A stretch of DNA of 64,000 bases from Longimicrobiales bacterium (GTDB lineage: Bacteria > Gemmatimonadota > Gemmatimonadetes > Longimicrobiales > Gaopeijiaceae). The stretch lies in the NCBI GenBank assembly GCA_965248195.1, contig CBDFIQ010000002.1:800001-864000 (forward strand). The letters run 5' to 3'. Shown in pieces: positions 1-9,961 of the stretch. Position 1 is the first letter of the stretch; every line of letters starts with the position of its first letter. The notes under the pieces are model-generated. The model was given only the letters and a program-made list of their open reading frames with translations. It made no database searches and was not told the origin of the DNA. The translations under genes and the position numbers were made by a program.

Positions 1-969
1 GTGCTCGACAAGGCGACGCTGCGACTTGGAGACGGCGGCGAGGTGAACTTCGAAAAGTCGCTGATCTTCCTCACCAGCAACCTCGGGGCAAGGGACATGG
101 TGTCCGAGCTCCAGCCGGGGTTGGGCTTCGAGACGGAGGTGAGGCGCCCCGGGGCCGAGCTCTCCGCGCACCTGGAGCGTGTCGGCCTGAGGGCGGTCCA
201 GCGTCACTTCTCTCCGGAGTTCGTCAACCGCATCGATGCCGTCATTACCTATCGTCCGTTGGGGAACGAATCTCTGGTGGCGATCCTCGAACAACACGTG
301 GTCGATCTACAACGTCATGTCCTGAACCGACTCGGCAGCCGATCGTTCGACATCGAGGTGGCTCCAGCGGCCAGATTCTTCATGCTCGAAAAAGGGACGA
401 GCATGGAGTACGGAGCGAGGGAATTGAGGAGGATTATCCACCTCCATTTGACGCAGCCGCTGGCTGCCATGGTCGCGAACGGTGAGGTCACGCCCGGGGC
501 GCGGGTCACGGTAGACCTCCACGAAGACGGAACCCATCTGACGCTCCTCGCCGTCGGGGGGGCGCCGCTGCTCGCGACCCCTCCGGCGACCGTGCTCGCG
601 ATCGACGACAACGAGGCGGTGCTGGGTTGGCTGAGCCGGGTTCTCAGCGATGAGGGCCATCGGGTTTTGCTCGGCTCCTCGGTCGAGGATGCGCTGCGCC
701 AGATCGAGGAGGAGGTGCCCGATATGCTGGTGCTGGACCAAATCCTGCCGGACGGTGACGGTGTAGAACTCGCGGTGAGGCTTCTCAAGAAATACCCGGA
801 CGCACGAGCCGTGGTCATGAGTGGAACGGCACTGGATGAAGAGGACGCACTTCTCTGTCAGCGGTATGATATTCCGTTCCTCCAAAAGCCGTTCGTTGCG
901 GAGGAGCTCCTCAGCGCACTCGAGGCGATTTCGTTGAGCCTTGGATCCATTCGCACCGCGGCCGGCTGA
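1..969 (+). CDS. ClpA/ClpB-type AAA+ ATPase C-terminal part fused to a C-terminal response-regulator receiver (REC) domain; 5' partial
   Basis: Clp second-AAA motifs IFLTSNLG, FSPEFVNRID and YGARELRR. REC motifs follow: IDDN, LVLDQILPDGDG, VMSG, QKPF. Confidence 0.8.
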   Translation: MLDKATLRLGDGGEVNFEKSLIFLTSNLGARDMVSELQPGLGFETEVRRPGAELSAHLERVGLRAVQRHFSPEFVNRIDAVITYRPLGNESLVAILEQHVVDLQRHVLNRLGSRSFDIEVAPAARFFMLEKGTSMEYGARELRRIIHLHLTQPLAAMVANGEVTPGARVTVDLHEDGTHLTLLAVGGAPLLATPPATVLAIDDNEAVLGWLSRVLSDEGHRVLLGSSVEDALRQIEEEVPDMLVLDQILPDGDGVELAVRLLKKYPDARAVVMSGTALDEEDALLCQRYDIPFLQKPFVAEELLSALEAISLSLGSIRTAAG

Positions 970-1023
970 CCGCCCCCGCCGCTCTTACCGCCTCGCCCTC
1001 TGCATCTGCGACGAGCACGAATC

Positions 1024-1452
1024 GTGACTCCCGACGACTTCGCCGAGCGCTTCAATCGGTTGCGCTCCTCTGAGGACCGCTATCGATACCTCATCCAGCT
1101 TGGTCGAAAGCTGGAGCCCTACCCGGAAGAATTCAGGAATCAGGAGCACTTGGTTCCAGGATGCCTGAGTCGGGTCTGGCTCGTCACCGTCGAAGGCTCC
1201 GATCCCTCCGAAGTCGCATTTCGTGCGGACAGCGACGCGCACATCGTCAAGGGACTCATCGCGGTTCTTCTCATGCTGTACTCGGGTAAGACAGCGGAGG
1301 CAATCCTTTCGACCGACGTGGAAGGGCTCTTCGAACGGCTGGACCTGGGCCAGCATCTCTCGGTCAATCGAAGGAACGGCTTTTACTCAATGACCTTGAA
1401 AATGCGAGAACATGCGGCCCAAAAGGTGGCCGTCCTGAAAGAGGGCGAATGA
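1024..1452 (+). CDS. sufE: SufE family Fe-S cluster sulfur-acceptor protein
   Basis: VPGCLSRVW, ADSDAHIVKGL and LSVNRRNG motifs. Confidence 0.9.
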   Translation: MTPDDFAERFNRLRSSEDRYRYLIQLGRKLEPYPEEFRNQEHLVPGCLSRVWLVTVEGSDPSEVAFRADSDAHIVKGLIAVLLMLYSGKTAEAILSTDVEGLFERLDLGQHLSVNRRNGFYSMTLKMREHAAQKVAVLKEGE

Positions 1453-1484
1453 GTGTGAGAGCGATGTGATGAAGCGATGAAGCG

Positions 1485-2426
1485 ATGAAGTCATGGATGA
1501 TGTTTGCGGCCGCTATTCCGCTAACCGTCGCCTCGTGTGGTGGGGGTGATTCCGGAGGGAGCGCCATCAGCGTCCGGGTCGAGCGGCCGGCATTCGACGC
1601 CGACCGTGCCTTTCGGGATCTCGAGAGGCAGGTGGCTTTCGGGCCCCGTATACCGGGGTCGGCGGGCCATGCCCGGCAGTTGGAGTGGTTGGAGACCGAA
1701 TTGCGAGCCCTCGCCGATACGGTATTCCTCGACCCGTTCGAGCACGTGACCGGGGAGGGCCACGAGCTCGACCTGACCAACGTGATCGCGCGGTTCGGTC
1801 CCGCTGATGGCTCACGACTGCTCCTCCTCACCCACTGGGACACGCGGCCCAGGGCAGACCAGAGTTCCGAGGCAGCCGACCGGGACAAGCCGGTCCCTGG
1901 TGCCAATGACGGCGCTTCGGGCACAGCGATTTTCCTGGAGTTTGCCCGAATGTTCAACGAGCAACCTCCGCCAGGCGGCGTGGAGCTTCTCTTCACCGAC
2001 GGCGAGGACTATGGACCGTCCACGGACGACATGTTCCTGGGCGCCCGGCATTATGTAGCGGGAATCGGGAGCGAGAACCCGCCGGCGTATGGAATCCTCC
2101 TCGACATGGTTGGAGATGCCGATCCCAGCTTTCCCATCGAGGCCTACTCCATGGAGGGTGCGGGCCAGGTGGTCCAGCGCGTTTGGAGTATTGCGGCCGA
2201 TCTGGGATACCGCCGTTTCTTTCCCATGGACCAGACCTCCAGGGTGATCGACGAACACATTGAGTTTATCGACGCGGGCATTCCCGTGGCCGATATCATC
2301 GACTTCGACTACGGTCGGGGAAATGGCTTCTGGCACACGCTCCAGGACCTTCCGGAGAACACCAGTGCCCGAACCCTTCTCATGGTCGGGGACGTCGTGG
2401 CGGAGGTGGTGTACCGGAACCGGTGA
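1485..2426 (+). CDS. M28-family zinc peptidase / glutaminyl-peptide cyclotransferase-like lipoprotein
   Basis: Lipobox-like VASC; HWDTRP, GANDGASG, DGEDYG, LLDMVG and WHT motifs. Confidence 0.8.
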   Translation: MKSWMMFAAAIPLTVASCGGGDSGGSAISVRVERPAFDADRAFRDLERQVAFGPRIPGSAGHARQLEWLETELRALADTVFLDPFEHVTGEGHELDLTNVIARFGPADGSRLLLLTHWDTRPRADQSSEAADRDKPVPGANDGASGTAIFLEFARMFNEQPPPGGVELLFTDGEDYGPSTDDMFLGARHYVAGIGSENPPAYGILLDMVGDADPSFPIEAYSMEGAGQVVQRVWSIAADLGYRRFFPMDQTSRVIDEHIEFIDAGIPVADIIDFDYGRGNGFWHTLQDLPENTSARTLLMVGDVVAEVVYRNR

Positions 2427-2535
2427 ACCGGATCAGGCCGGGAGCCCTTGAAATCTTCCGGTGCCGCGACCATGATCGGACGAGTTGTTTTCCACCCCTC
2501 TCTGCAGTGACCACGTTATCAAGACGAGCAGTGCC

Positions 2536-3753
2536 ATGACCCAGGCCAGCGCATCGAAGACCGAGTTCTATCTCACCGAGGCCGACCGGTTCAGTGCCTA
2601 CAACTACAAACCTCTCCCGGTCGTGTTGGAGCGTGGAGAGGGCGAGTGGGTTTGGGACGTGGACGGGAATCGATATCTCGACATGCTCTCCGCCTATTCG
2701 GCTCTGAATCAGGGACACCGTCATCCGGCCATCATGGCGGCGGCCGAAGAGCAGATGGCCAGGCTGACGTTGACCTCGCGGGCGTTTCACAACGACCAGA
2801 TGGGACCCTTCGTGCGCGAGCTCTGTGAGGCCACTGGGTACGAAAAAGCCCTTCCGATGAACACGGGTGCCGAGGCCGTAGAGACGGCGATCAAGGCGGT
2901 CCGGAAATGGGGTTACAAGGTGAAGGGCGTGCCGGAGGGCAAAGCCGAGATCATCGTCTGTGAAAACAACTTCCACGGGCGGACGACGACCATCGTCGGC
3001 TTCTCGTCCGAGGAGCAGTACCGCGACGGATTCGGCCCGTTCACACCCGGCTTCGTGCTGGTCCCCTACGGTGATGCCGATGCGTTCGAGGCGGCCATCA
3101 CAGAGAACACGGTCGGGTTCCTGGTCGAGCCTCTCCAGGGCGAAGGAGGTGTGGTCGTGCCGGCGGATGGATACCTGCGCCGGACCGCCGAGATCTGCCG
3201 GGAGCGTCGCATCGCGTTCATGGGGGACGAGATACAGACGGGGCTCGGAAGGACCGGGCGACTCTTTTGTTGTGAGTGGGAGGATGTCCGGCCGGACGTG
3301 CTCATCGTGGGCAAGGCGTTGGGCGGTGGGGTCTACCCGGTCTCGGCGGCCGTAGCCGACGCCGAGATCATGGACGTTTTCCAGCCAGGTGACCACGGCT
3401 CCACGTTCGGCGGAAATCCGCTAGGGGCGGCCGTCGGCCGTGCTTCACTTCGCGTCATCCTCGATGAGAAGCTTTCAGAACGTTCCGACGAGCTCGGCAC
3501 GTGGTTCATGGGGCGGCTCCGCGACATCGGCTCTCCTCACGTGGAGGAGGTTCGCGGGCGCGGCCTCATGATCGGCGTCGTGATCAAGGAGTCCTCGGGC
3601 ACCGCGAGGCCCTTCTGCGAAGCGCTTCAGCGGAAGGGGATTCTCGCCAAGGAGACGCACCACCAGGTCATACGTTTTGCGCCTCCTCTCACGATCGATC
3701 GGGCGACGCTCGAGGATGCGCTCATGGACATCGAGGTGGTGTTACGGGGCTGA
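2536..3753 (+). CDS. rocD: Ornithine--oxo-acid aminotransferase
   Basis: Class III PLP aminotransferase: DMLSAYSALNQGH, MNTGAEAVE, DEIQTGLGRTG, GKALGGG. ATG at 2536 chosen as start. Confidence 0.9.
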   Translation: MTQASASKTEFYLTEADRFSAYNYKPLPVVLERGEGEWVWDVDGNRYLDMLSAYSALNQGHRHPAIMAAAEEQMARLTLTSRAFHNDQMGPFVRELCEATGYEKALPMNTGAEAVETAIKAVRKWGYKVKGVPEGKAEIIVCENNFHGRTTTIVGFSSEEQYRDGFGPFTPGFVLVPYGDADAFEAAITENTVGFLVEPLQGEGGVVVPADGYLRRTAEICRERRIAFMGDEIQTGLGRTGRLFCCEWEDVRPDVLIVGKALGGGVYPVSAAVADAEIMDVFQPGDHGSTFGGNPLGAAVGRASLRVILDEKLSERSDELGTWFMGRLRDIGSPHVEEVRGRGLMIGVVIKESSGTARPFCEALQRKGILAKETHHQVIRFAPPLTIDRATLEDALMDIEVVLRG

Positions 3754-3766
3754 TTCCACGGTTCCG

Positions 3767-5422
3767 ATGAGCGATCCGACTGCGCTGGGGGAGCCTGGCA
3801 TGGGTCCGACGACAGGGCGGATACCGGGCTTGCTCGCGCCCGTTTCGGGGCGGATACCGGGTTTCCTCGTTCCCCTCATCGTGGCGGTGGGCCTCGGCTT
3901 GGTCGGGATCTTGGTCTGGGTAGCCGTGCCGCCCGGCGTGTGGCACGACGACGGCGCATACTTGCTTCTCGGCAAGTCCCTCGCCGATGGCGAGGGACTC
4001 CGATACTCGCAGGTTCCCGGGTCTCTGCCCGGCGCGAAGTTCCCACCCCTGTACCCCGTTTTCCTCGCCCTGCTATGGCGGGTCGCACCCGAGGCGGTGG
4101 GGCAGGGGACCCTCGCATCTCTTTTCAACGTGCTGTTCGTCGCAACGAGTGGGGGGCTGTTCGTGGCCTATGTGCGTTCGCTGAACTTCTCATGGCGTAG
4201 CTCGGTCGTTACGGCGGTCCTGATCTGGTTGCTTCCGGATCTATGGCGACTGGCTCTGGTGCCTCTTTCCGAGCCACTTTTCCTGGTCACTCTGGTTGCG
4301 GCGCTCTGGACCGGCTCTCGCCTGGAGGCCCAGCCCACATGGCGTCGATTCGCCGCATTCTCGGCTGCGTTCGCGGTCGCGTACCACACCCGAACCATAG
4401 GGCTCGCCATCGGACTCGCCGTGCCGTTGGCCCTGCTGATGCGGGGCCGGATGGTGTGGGCCTTACGGAGTGTCGCCGGCGCCGTGCTGATCATCGCGCC
4501 GTGGATGTTCTGGTCGAGCCGGGCCGCGGCGGCGATTCCCGCTCCCCTCCGGGACACGCTCGGTCCGTATGCCGGCTGGCTCGCCGGCCAGGCTGGTGGG
4601 GAAGGCGAATACTTCGGCGTCATGGCCGCGCGCGCTTTCACGCTGGCGAGCCAAATCGTTGGACTCTTTTTTCCAGGCGCCGACGGGTGGTACGCCGTAT
4701 TGGCCGGGATGCTTGCCAGCGGGGTGCTCATCGCCGGGGTGCGCCGGCTATCCGTCCAGACGTGGACGCCGATTTTCACGGCCGCTCTCCTCACGGGGAT
4801 GCTCTGGCTGTGGCCCTATCAGGAAATCCGCCTGACGATGCCGCTCATTCCCGTCCTCGGGATGGTCTTGGTGTCCGGCTTCCGGCCTGAGGCGGAGCGG
4901 TTTACTCATGGAATCCTTGCCGATGGCACGCGACCGGATCCCCGGAGGCTCCTGGTCGGGGCGATGGGCCTTGTTTGGATCCTCGCGCTGGGTTCGGCGA
5001 GCGTGATCGCCCTCGGAGGCGGGCGTCATGTGGAGCCCCTCCGGGTGCGGGAACTCATGCTTGCCCGGGCAGTGCCGGCCGTATATGAACGCGTCCCGCC
5101 GAACGGGGTGGTGGGAGCCCCCGAGCTGTGGGCAGGGCTGGCCCTTCACACCGGCCGCCGCGTGTCACCCAGTGCCCGTTTTCGGCCGGCGGGGGACGGC
5201 CCCATCTGGGGTAGTCCACGGGAGCAGTTCGCGGTCTGGGCCGCTTCCGGAATCGAGTACGTCGTGTTGGAGAACGCCGGACTGGTGCATCAAGAGGCGC
5301 TGGACGAACTGGATGTGAGCTGCCCCGGTGCGGTCCAGCTTCAGGCGTCCTGGGCCGGAGGCATGCTGGTCCGGTTGAACTGGGACGACGCATGCAGGGA
5401 CCTCGTCTTGCCGGAATCCTAG
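3767..5422 (+). CDS. Multi-pass membrane protein, GT-C (ArnT/PMT-like) glycosyltransferase-like
   Basis: HDDGAY and FPPLYP motifs after the first TM helix, LSEPLF, many TM segments. Confidence 0.6.
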   Translation: MSDPTALGEPGMGPTTGRIPGLLAPVSGRIPGFLVPLIVAVGLGLVGILVWVAVPPGVWHDDGAYLLLGKSLADGEGLRYSQVPGSLPGAKFPPLYPVFLALLWRVAPEAVGQGTLASLFNVLFVATSGGLFVAYVRSLNFSWRSSVVTAVLIWLLPDLWRLALVPLSEPLFLVTLVAALWTGSRLEAQPTWRRFAAFSAAFAVAYHTRTIGLAIGLAVPLALLMRGRMVWALRSVAGAVLIIAPWMFWSSRAAAAIPAPLRDTLGPYAGWLAGQAGGEGEYFGVMAARAFTLASQIVGLFFPGADGWYAVLAGMLASGVLIAGVRRLSVQTWTPIFTAALLTGMLWLWPYQEIRLTMPLIPVLGMVLVSGFRPEAERFTHGILADGTRPDPRRLLVGAMGLVWILALGSASVIALGGGRHVEPLRVRELMLARAVPAVYERVPPNGVVGAPELWAGLALHTGRRVSPSARFRPAGDGPIWGSPREQFAVWAASGIEYVVLENAGLVHQEALDELDVSCPGAVQLQASWAGGMLVRLNWDDACRDLVLPES

Positions 5423-5465
5423 CGTTCCGCTTTGCCTACGCTCGATCGCGGGTTTTCGCTGGGGA

Positions 5466-5744
5466 TTACCACTTGATCTGGCCCTGCTGCGAGGTGTCGA
5501 CCTGCTCCCCCTCTCCGTCACCCAGCAATACGGTCTCGATCTGACCGTACAGAAACTCCCGCGCCTTTTTGTCACGAGGGTCGAGCCCGTAATGGTTGAT
5601 CAGAAGCGTCTGATGCTGTAGCCACTCCGCCCAGCAGTCGGAGCAGATCTGCTCCTGGATGCTCTTCCCCAACTCTGTTCGGAAGGGCGCCTTGTCCAGC
5701 TTCGGCTTATCAGGCCCACACCGCCTGCACTCGATCTTTTCCAC
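5466..5744 (-). CDS. Fe(II)-trafficking / oxidative damage protection protein (YggX family)
   Basis: CRRC, LGKSIQEQICSDCWAEWLQHQTLLINHYGL. GTG start at 5744 inferred. Confidence 0.8.
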   Translation of the reverse strand: MEKIECRRCGPDKPKLDKAPFRTELGKSIQEQICSDCWAEWLQHQTLLINHYGLDPRDKKAREFLYGQIETVLLGDGEGEQVDTSQQGQIKW

Positions 5745-6039
5745 TTCGGGTTCTCGACTCTCCAGGTTCAGCGCCCCAACCGGAACGAACCCGGGCGAGC
5801 CTACGGATGTCTTGAATCGGGAACCGGGACTACCCTCGCACAGGGGCGGGGATCCCACCCGAGGTGATCCGGTGTCGAACCAATCACATGAGAAATGCGC
5901 CGGAACGGCCGATCCAAGGTGGCCCGCCTCCGTCCCATCGGCGAGCGGACGTAGACGACATTTTCCGATTCGATTAATTTTTTCGCCTTAGGGCGAATCG
6001 GTGGTCCGCCTTCACAATCGAACGCGATACCAACTCAGA

Positions 6040-6420
6040 ATGTTGACCAAGAAGCAGCTCCAACACCTCGAGGGTCGTCTCATGGACGAGCGGGCAAGAG
6101 CGCTCAAGGCGTTGGGGCTCTTCGACAGGATTGCCAAGCTCGACCGGGAGACGATGGACTCCGATCTATCCGCCTACACAGACCACATGGCGGATCAGGG
6201 GACCGAGGCGATGGAGCGTGAAAAGGCTGCCCTCTTCGCGACCAAGGAGGGACGCTATATCTATCGCCTCGAGGAGGCGCTGCGCCGTATGTACGATGAC
6301 TCGAAGACGTTCGGCAACTGCCACACGTGTGGCTCCGCACTCGGGTACGAGCGTCTCGACGCGCTCCCACATGCGCGTTATTGCATCGACTGCAAGCGCA
6401 AAGAAGAGGACGTGGCCTAG
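6040..6420 (+). CDS. TraR/DksA C4-type zinc finger protein
   Basis: Coiled coil with HMADQG tip, FGNCHTC and RLDALPHARYCIDC. Confidence 0.85.
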   Translation: MLTKKQLQHLEGRLMDERARALKALGLFDRIAKLDRETMDSDLSAYTDHMADQGTEAMEREKAALFATKEGRYIYRLEEALRRMYDDSKTFGNCHTCGSALGYERLDALPHARYCIDCKRKEEDVA

Positions 6421-6438
6421 AGGGCTCGCGTTGCTTCC

Positions 6439-7563
6439 TTAGAGGACCTCCAAAAACCGGTCCGCCAACGTCTCCGATTGCCAGCGCCTCACGCCCGCGA
6501 CCCCCGCGAGTTCTTCCACAGAACGCGGATGAATACGGGCGATTTCCAAGATCGCGGTGTTCGACATCAGAACCCCACGGTCGATGCCCAGAGCCTCCGC
6601 CACGTGGTTTCGAATAGACTTGAGGCGGTTGGCGATTTCCTCCACCTCAGGTTGAGGGCGGCGTGGGCCGGCCCGACCACGCGGATAACCCACCAGTTCG
6701 GAATCGTCGAGCCGGTCGGTCTGCTCGAGCCGGTCGAGTAGCTCCTTGCCCGACCGACCCGCGAGCTGGGGCGAAAAGCCGCGTATGCGCCCGAGTGCGG
6801 AAACGTCCAGCGGCCGCTCACGTACGACCTCCAGGAGCGCCGGATCTCCCGCCACCCGAAATGGGGCGCGATCCCGGGCGCGGGCGACCTCGTCTCTCCA
6901 GAACCAAGCCTCACGGAGAAGGGCCACCTGGCGGAGCTCGAGGTCTCGTACGCCCTTGACCTTGGTGACGGGATCGACATCGCCGTCGGCGTTCCATCGT
7001 AGCGCCTCCATGAGCGTGGATTCCTCTTCTGCCCAGGACCTTCTCCCGACCGCCTCCAACCGCTCGGTAAGGAGGTCGGCCAACTCGTGTAGATGCCGGG
7101 TGTCCGAGGCAGCGTAGTCCAGCATCTCGTCTGGAAGAGGACGCCTCGCCCAGTCCGCACGTTGGTATTTCTTGGACACGTGGACATCGAGGTACTTTTC
7201 CAGGAGCGCGGCGAGCCCCAGAGACGGCTCTCCCAGGAGGGCTGCCGCGGTCTGCGTGTCGAAAAGCTTCACGGGGTGTAGATCCAAGTCCCGGTCCAGG
7301 AGCCGAAGATCGTAATCGCCGCCGTGAAGAAGGACCGTAACAGTCGGGCTTTCCAGAGGGCCCCGCAGCACGGGCGACGGGTCGACGGCAAGCGTGTCGA
7401 CGACGAAATTCTGGTCGCTGCTGCTCACCTGAAGCAGGCAGACGCGATCCGAGTAACGGTGAAAGCCAGCCGCTTCGAGGTCCACAGCCACCCGGGATTC
7501 TCCCGTCAGGCCCTCGCCCAACTCCTGGAGGGAGCCCGCGTCTGAGATCAGTTGGATGGTCAT
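6439..7563 (-). CDS. rnd: Ribonuclease D (DEDD 3'-5' exonuclease with HRDC domains)
   Basis: VAVDLE, LLHGGDYD, FDTQ, DWARRPL, YAASD; C-terminal HRDC-like region. Start at MTIQLISD. Confidence 0.85.
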   Translation of the reverse strand: MTIQLISDAGSLQELGEGLTGESRVAVDLEAAGFHRYSDRVCLLQVSSSDQNFVVDTLAVDPSPVLRGPLESPTVTVLLHGGDYDLRLLDRDLDLHPVKLFDTQTAAALLGEPSLGLAALLEKYLDVHVSKKYQRADWARRPLPDEMLDYAASDTRHLHELADLLTERLEAVGRRSWAEEESTLMEALRWNADGDVDPVTKVKGVRDLELRQVALLREAWFWRDEVARARDRAPFRVAGDPALLEVVRERPLDVSALGRIRGFSPQLAGRSGKELLDRLEQTDRLDDSELVGYPRGRAGPRRPQPEVEEIANRLKSIRNHVAEALGIDRGVLMSNTAILEIARIHPRSVEELAGVAGVRRWQSETLADRFLEVL

Positions 7564-7696
7564 GATGCCGGGAGCTTCGGTCCGCGGGACCCCGGGCGCA
7601 AGCGATTCATGATTGGGTCCGTGGCAGAGCCTTGCTCTACAGATCGCCCAGGGGCAGCTTCCACCAGCCTCCTCCGTGTCTAGCCGCCTTGGACTC

Positions 7697-8476
7697 ATGA
7701 AACTCACATTCCTCGGGACAGGAACCTCTTTCGGCGTGCCGGTGGTCGGGTGCGACTGCGACGTCTGCACCTCAGGGGACGCCCGGGACAAGCGGACGCG
7801 GCACGGTGCGTTGCTCGAGCTGGACGGGGGGACGGTGCTGGTCGATACGCCCCCCGAGCTCCGCCTCCAGTTGCTTGCCGCCGGTGTCAGCAACGTCGAT
7901 GCGGTGTGGTATACGCACGCCCATGCAGACCACGTACATGGCATTGACGATCTCCGCGCCTTCACGGCTCGGCAACGACGTGATATCCCTGCTTACGTTC
8001 CACAGGAATACGACGATCTCTTTCGAACGCGGTTCTCGTATATTTTCGACGACGATTTTCAGCCCCCCGAGGGAACGACCAAGCCTCGCGTTCGCCTCAA
8101 CTCTTTCGCGCCCGAGGAGTCCACCATGATAGTTGGTCACCGCTTCGATCCGGTGGTGGTGCCCCACGGGCCGATCTCCGTTTACGGCTTTCGAGTCGGG
8201 CCCCTCGGCTACGTCACCGACGCGAAGGAACTACCGAAACCCGCATTGGAGACGCTGAAGGGTGTGAGCGTTCTGGTACTCAATGCGTTGTGGTTCGGCC
8301 GGCCGCATCCGACTCATTTCAACGTAGAGGAAGCCGTGGAGGCGGCGAGAACCGTGGGTGCGGAGCGCACCTACCTCGTCCACCTGACCCATCGAGTGGG
8401 GCACCAAGAATTGGCGGATAAGCTCCCCAAAAATGTGGCCCCGGCCTACGACGGTTTGTGTATCGAGATCTCATGA
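7697..8476 (+). CDS. Metallo-beta-lactamase fold hydrolase (PhnP-like)
   Basis: FLGTGTSFGVPVVGCDCDVC and THAHADHVHG motifs. Confidence 0.85.
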   Translation: MKLTFLGTGTSFGVPVVGCDCDVCTSGDARDKRTRHGALLELDGGTVLVDTPPELRLQLLAAGVSNVDAVWYTHAHADHVHGIDDLRAFTARQRRDIPAYVPQEYDDLFRTRFSYIFDDDFQPPEGTTKPRVRLNSFAPEESTMIVGHRFDPVVVPHGPISVYGFRVGPLGYVTDAKELPKPALETLKGVSVLVLNALWFGRPHPTHFNVEEAVEAARTVGAERTYLVHLTHRVGHQELADKLPKNVAPAYDGLCIEIS

Positions 8477-9873
8477 CCCCCGTCACAATCGACTTCTCAA
8501 ACATGGTGATGGAACGCCTTGGCGCGGGTGGTATCGATCCGGATCGACTCGGAGGGGACCTAGCGGATCGCTTCCGTGCGGCCCATGAGCAGGTCGAGGC
8601 CTCCCGGCGTTCCGGCGAGATGGGATTCTTTGAGCTTCCGTATGCCTCGGATGAGTTGGGCCGCGCGCAACAGCTCGCGGATCGCCTGGAGGGGCGTTTC
8701 GAGAATCTTGTCATCATCGGGATCGGGGGGTCCGCGTTGGGCGCTCGCACGCTGCGAGATGCACTGCTAGGCCCCTTGTGGAACGAGCGGTCGAATGAGG
8801 AGCGGGAGGGCAGGCCTCGGATGTACATCCTCGACAACGTGGACCCGAGTGCCGTCTTGGACGCCGTAGAGCATCTCGACCTTCGCCGCACGCTGTTCAA
8901 CGTTGTCAGCAAGTCGGGATCCACCGCCGAGACCATGGCGCTTTACCTGGTGATCGAGGGGCTGCTGATCGAGGAGGTTGGGATCGAGGGTGCGGGGGAC
9001 CACTTCGTGTTCACCACCGATCCAGAGAACGGAGCCCTGCGGTCGATCGCGGAGGCCGAGGGAATCGAGAGTCTGCCGATTCCGGGAAACGTCGGAGGCC
9101 GCTTTTCGGTGCTTTCGCCGGTGGGTCTCTTTCCCGCCGCTCTCGCCGGCCTAGATGCCGCGGGGCTTCTCGCTGGGGCCGCGCTGGCCGACGAGTATTG
9201 CCGGACCCCGATGCTGCGGGAGAACCCGGCTGGGCTCATGGCTACCTTGCTTCATACGGTTCACTGCGAATCGGGGGCCTCGATCCATGTGATGATGCCC
9301 TACTCGGAGCACCTTCGCTCCTTCTCGTTCTGGTTTCAACAACTCTGGGCCGAGTCTCTCGGAAAGGCTCACGATCGCTCGGGCAAGATCGTCCACACGG
9401 GACCGACGCCGCTGCCGGCGGTGGGCGTCACGGATCAGCATGCCCAAGTACAGCTGTTCATCGAGGGGCCTCTGGACAAAGTCGTCATCTTCCTTGCGCT
9501 CACCGGGGTGCGGCGAGACGTGAAGATCGGAACGCATCGCGCCTCGATGCCTTCCGTCGGCTATCTCGGAGGACACACGGTGGGTCAGTTGATGGATGCC
9601 GAACGCCAGGCGACCACGGAGGCGTTGCGCCGGAGCGGCCGGGCGAACATGACCTTCGAGATCGATCGCCTCGACGCGTCGACGCTCGGAGAGCTCTTCA
9701 TGCTCATGTCGGTAGCTACGGTTTACGCCGGCGCGTTGTACGATGTGAACCCACTCGATCAACCGGGTGTCGAGCTGGGCAAGCAACTCACCTATGGACT
9801 GATGGGTCGGGACGGGTACGATCCGCCGGAGCGATCGGACCCAGACGGCCGCTGGCGGCTCGGACGGGGGTAG
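8473..9873 (+). CDS. pgi: Glucose-6-phosphate isomerase
   Basis: GIGGSALG, SKSGST, VGGRFSV, QQLWAESLGK, DQPGVELGK. Confidence 0.93.
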   Translation: MTPVTIDFSNMVMERLGAGGIDPDRLGGDLADRFRAAHEQVEASRRSGEMGFFELPYASDELGRAQQLADRLEGRFENLVIIGIGGSALGARTLRDALLGPLWNERSNEEREGRPRMYILDNVDPSAVLDAVEHLDLRRTLFNVVSKSGSTAETMALYLVIEGLLIEEVGIEGAGDHFVFTTDPENGALRSIAEAEGIESLPIPGNVGGRFSVLSPVGLFPAALAGLDAAGLLAGAALADEYCRTPMLRENPAGLMATLLHTVHCESGASIHVMMPYSEHLRSFSFWFQQLWAESLGKAHDRSGKIVHTGPTPLPAVGVTDQHAQVQLFIEGPLDKVVIFLALTGVRRDVKIGTHRASMPSVGYLGGHTVGQLMDAERQATTEALRRSGRANMTFEIDRLDASTLGELFMLMSVATVYAGALYDVNPLDQPGVELGKQLTYGLMGRDGYDPPERSDPDGRWRLGRG

Positions 9874-9961
9874 GCTCCCATCCGACCCCCCTCGGCGGTA
9901 TGTTTCGGATGGCGGCGGGTGCCTTGCCCCGCTTCCAGACGCTGCGGAAGGAGCTCATATC

